From positions 1 through 19,979 of the forward strand of contig JBJDXJ010000007.1 of assembly GCA_051866635.1 (NCBI GenBank): 19,979 bases of DNA, given 5' to 3'. A program made the position numbers and the translations under genes. Under the pieces are notes generated by a model. The model saw only the letters and a list, made by a program, of their open reading frames with translations. It was not told where the DNA came from and made no database searches. Shown piece after piece: positions 18,801 through 19,979 of this stretch (its first letter is position 1; each line of letters begins with the position of its first letter). Origin of the DNA: Clostridia bacterium (GTDB taxonomy: Bacteria; Bacillota; Clostridia; UMGS1883).

Positions 18801-19635
18801 TAAGAACAACAAGCTCTTCATCGGCACCTGAATGGTAGAGACCCGTCTGGACATCAACCAATTCGGAAGAAGACTTCCATTCAACACTAATACCTTCTAC
18901 AGAGGTATCTGCGGGAAGACTAAGTGTACCTACACCTGCCAAAGGACCCTTAGGCATAGTCTTGCTGCTCCACTTTGTTACAGCAGAAGACAATGCTTTG
19001 CCGTAAGCATCGGAATACTTAAGTGAATAAACTTCAAAATCATCCACATATGTAACATTCTTTGTAAGACCGTAAATATTAAGCACTACATATGCACATG
19101 CAGAAGAACTGCCTGTACCGTTAATAACTGTAGAATACTGAACCCAGTCACCCTTTGAATATTCCATATCACAGTCATTAGATGCAGTACCTGCACCAAT
19201 CCATGCATTTGTTGCTTCTGTAAAATCATTTTTCTCTGTAGGAACAGTCTTAGAAGAATCAGTAAAAGCAAATGTTACACGGGGCCTGCGAGCCACATCG
19301 TCAACATTCTTGTACCAGAAAGAAAGATAATAGCTGTCAGCAGGGTCAGTAACTTCAAAATATGCAGTGATAGCACCGTCACCCTTTGTACTCTTGATAG
19401 CCTTTAAGCTCCACTCACCTTCATGAGCCGCTTCCTGTGATACTTCATAGTATTCACTGTTAGTTGTAAGACCATAGAGACCATCCTCAAATCCGGGGTT
19501 CTTAACTAAGTTTTCCCCGTCCTTTTCGTAAACCGCGCCACCTTCGCCAACGAAGTAGCCTGCAGCATACGCAGGAACCATACTCATGATCATCATAGCT
19601 GCAGTTAAAAGAGCTATGATCCTACTTTTTTTCAT
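15856..19635 (-). CDS. Large secreted multidomain protein (signal peptide; CBM4/9-like x3; atrophied-Ig-like x2; LamG-like; MucBP-like x2; unassigned C-terminal domain)
   Basis: Signal peptide MKKSRII...PAYA|A. CBM-like modules: NLVKNPGFEDG..YVDDF, NLIANGSFEE..YLDAF, NLVPDGDF..YFDNV. Ig-like: LSLP..WKSS and LSLP..WSCSD. LamG: YYDFE..SVSMWVK..YVDGV..MDDIRIYSRALS. MucBP-like: IKYQDVSG and IRYQDLDG. AAGGAGG SD. Confidence 0.82.
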   Translation of the reverse strand: MKKSRIIALLTAAMMIMSMVPAYAAGYFVGEGGAVYEKDGENLVKNPGFEDGLYGLTTNSEYYEVSQEAAHEGEWSLKAIKSTKGDGAITAYFEVTDPADSYYLSFWYKNVDDVARRPRVTFAFTDSSKTVPTEKNDFTEATNAWIGAGTASNDCDMEYSKGDWVQYSTVINGTGSSSACAYVVLNIYGLTKNVTYVDDFEVYSLKYSDAYGKALSSAVTKWSSKTMPKGPLAGVGTLSLPADTSVEGISVEWKSSSELVDVQTGLYHSGADEELVVLTARLYADGLYDEVYYEFEYAYIVKSMFEPYIEWIQTNVFEKLGTAISGDLSLPNSHTIAGYPEATFAWSCSDENVLTADGKYTAPEVTCSVDIIATITCGGSEATTTKTFKALGGNLIPEGLEMYYDFESPIKSNKVYDNAQKTYNATVEGVTITDGYAFVNGTIILPSDYAVNLTGSYSVSMWVKLNDAIASSGAMYRFFDFGGGTYTSQFLRYIPGSGQLTFMDRGTASSGSDWAIDKTVDVGKGGWSLVSFTYDKTDAAAYAKVYVDGVEVGNSGNYTKLTNSIYQVASQSSQNGFFGRTQWKNAENPDFYGWMDDIRIYSRALSGEEITTLYENTRPTVVAPVTIKYQDVSGEELKEAVTVSADVGTTYDVPQSYKSLPSTSDDQYRYVYKYVESKSTDSVYVSADSENVCILVFQLEKQAKGNNLIANGSFEENLDGWTYNNNGTFGALQGWARSTEVVYEGNYSLKKTVTEGNGGGTNNNIGTYIPIESGKKYTLSWWEHSSADKAAGSHQMMAAVVTSDNTSALGSTSNRIVSCGGWDSWNQAAMGQATRDPAYTTGWTQRVFNFDTTNTPNAAYILIAYANGDATSVDYLDAFVLEEESGNNNTPDDGEKYEIVIRYQDLDGNTIKDSDIVKVSLDTVTYEVPDSYKTIEKETVGEIVSLYLYKDELSTTTVNPSMLRDNICTLVFDVITVNPSELVKADNLVPDGDFKGNNGKFSWGSWQSPETGNYFRDKCEDWFYQVNRDTDAAALYLTGLTADNYALGTRWNDGITGLCSMANFIPVEGGKTYIVTYDYKHKNPSAAQASYISTSFQKTKNMSAGDKDYNIPTDVSTQWQTNTFAIVAPTDGYIYFHFSWLGESNNGGGGPFWYFDNVGVYEVKPDILEAEIKNVGSTQTTVRITNLSEENETINLKVYAASYSDNVLTAVESTDVSVEAGKYKDVVLNVGQDQENKVSIKVFLWEENMQAAYKTLIWK

Positions 19636-19688
19636 ATAAATTCCTCCTTTATGCCCAACATGTCTATAACGAGCACAATTATATAATG

Positions 19689-19717
19689 ATTATAGCATGA
19701 TTTTGTCAACTTGTACA
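19689..19717 (-). promoter_or_regulatory. Extended -10 SigA-type promoter for the large secreted protein
   Basis: Minus strand TGTACA, 17 nt, TATAAT preceded by TGc. A TTGACA at 19709-19704 offers an alternative register. Confidence 0.55.
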
Positions 19718-19762
19718 GTGAAATTTTAATTTTTTTTGAATATTTTAATAAATTTTTTAAGG

Positions 19763-19791
19763 TTGCAATTTTTCTTTATGTATAGTATAAT
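19763..19791 (+). promoter_or_regulatory. SigA-type promoter for the right-edge gene
   Basis: TTGCAA, 17 nt, TATAAT. Confidence 0.7.
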
Positions 19792-19833
19792 TATTTTACA
19801 TTATTAAACACATTATTAATAGGAGGGTTTTCC

Positions 19834-19979
19834 ATGTTCTCTGTAAAAAAATTGCTGACAGGCTTGGCAGTTACTGTTCTGGCGGTGTTACCCTTATCTG
19901 TTTCTGCGGCTACTGTTGCCGACTGGCAGTTTAGTGAGGTAAACATCAAATCAGGTTCAATTAAATCAGGTGATTTGGT
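19834..19979 (+). CDS. Secreted protein, 5' fragment (possibly a LamG-type N-terminus)
   Basis: AGGAGG SD, then MFSVKKLLTGLAVTVLAVLPLSVSA|ATVADWQFSEVNIKSGSIKSGDL..., open to the window edge; clear Sec signal peptide. Confidence 0.75.
   Translation, partial: MFSVKKLLTGLAVTVLAVLPLSVSAATVADWQFSEVNIKSGSIKSGDL

Noticed and set aside
16225-19271. Several short alternative-frame and antisense ORFs inside the large secreted gene
   Set aside because: They overlap a well-supported long CDS and lack SDs or protein-like motifs.

Overview
AT-rich Firmicutes/Clostridia-type chromosomal window, mostly core genes, with no mobile element, CRISPR array, rRNA or tRNA visible. Minus strand: lepB-ylqF(rbgA)-rnhB-yraN, then an argD-argF-GNAT-dus unit preceded by a likely ARG box; dus runs off the left edge. 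Plus strand: a tandem-ASKHA CoA-substrate activase/DUF2229-type gene with its dehydratase-like partner, a COG2426 membrane protein with metK, a small membrane ORF, recD2, comF and a CBS-pair protein. The right end holds a 1259-aa secreted protein with no recognisable catalytic domain (three CBM-like, two Ig-like, one LamG and two MucBP-like modules, plus an unassigned C-terminal 'KVFLW' domain), divergent from a second, partial secreted protein. Best leads: (i) the unassigned C-terminal domain as a possible surface-anchoring or sorting module; (ii) two hairpins of the same design, with a sporulation-type -10 in the loop and the downstream RBS in the 3' arm; (iii) the Fe-S activase/dehydratase pair of unknown substrate; (iv) a GNAT in the arg operon that may be an ArgA-type enzyme. 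All family calls come from motifs recognised by eye; no database searches were run.
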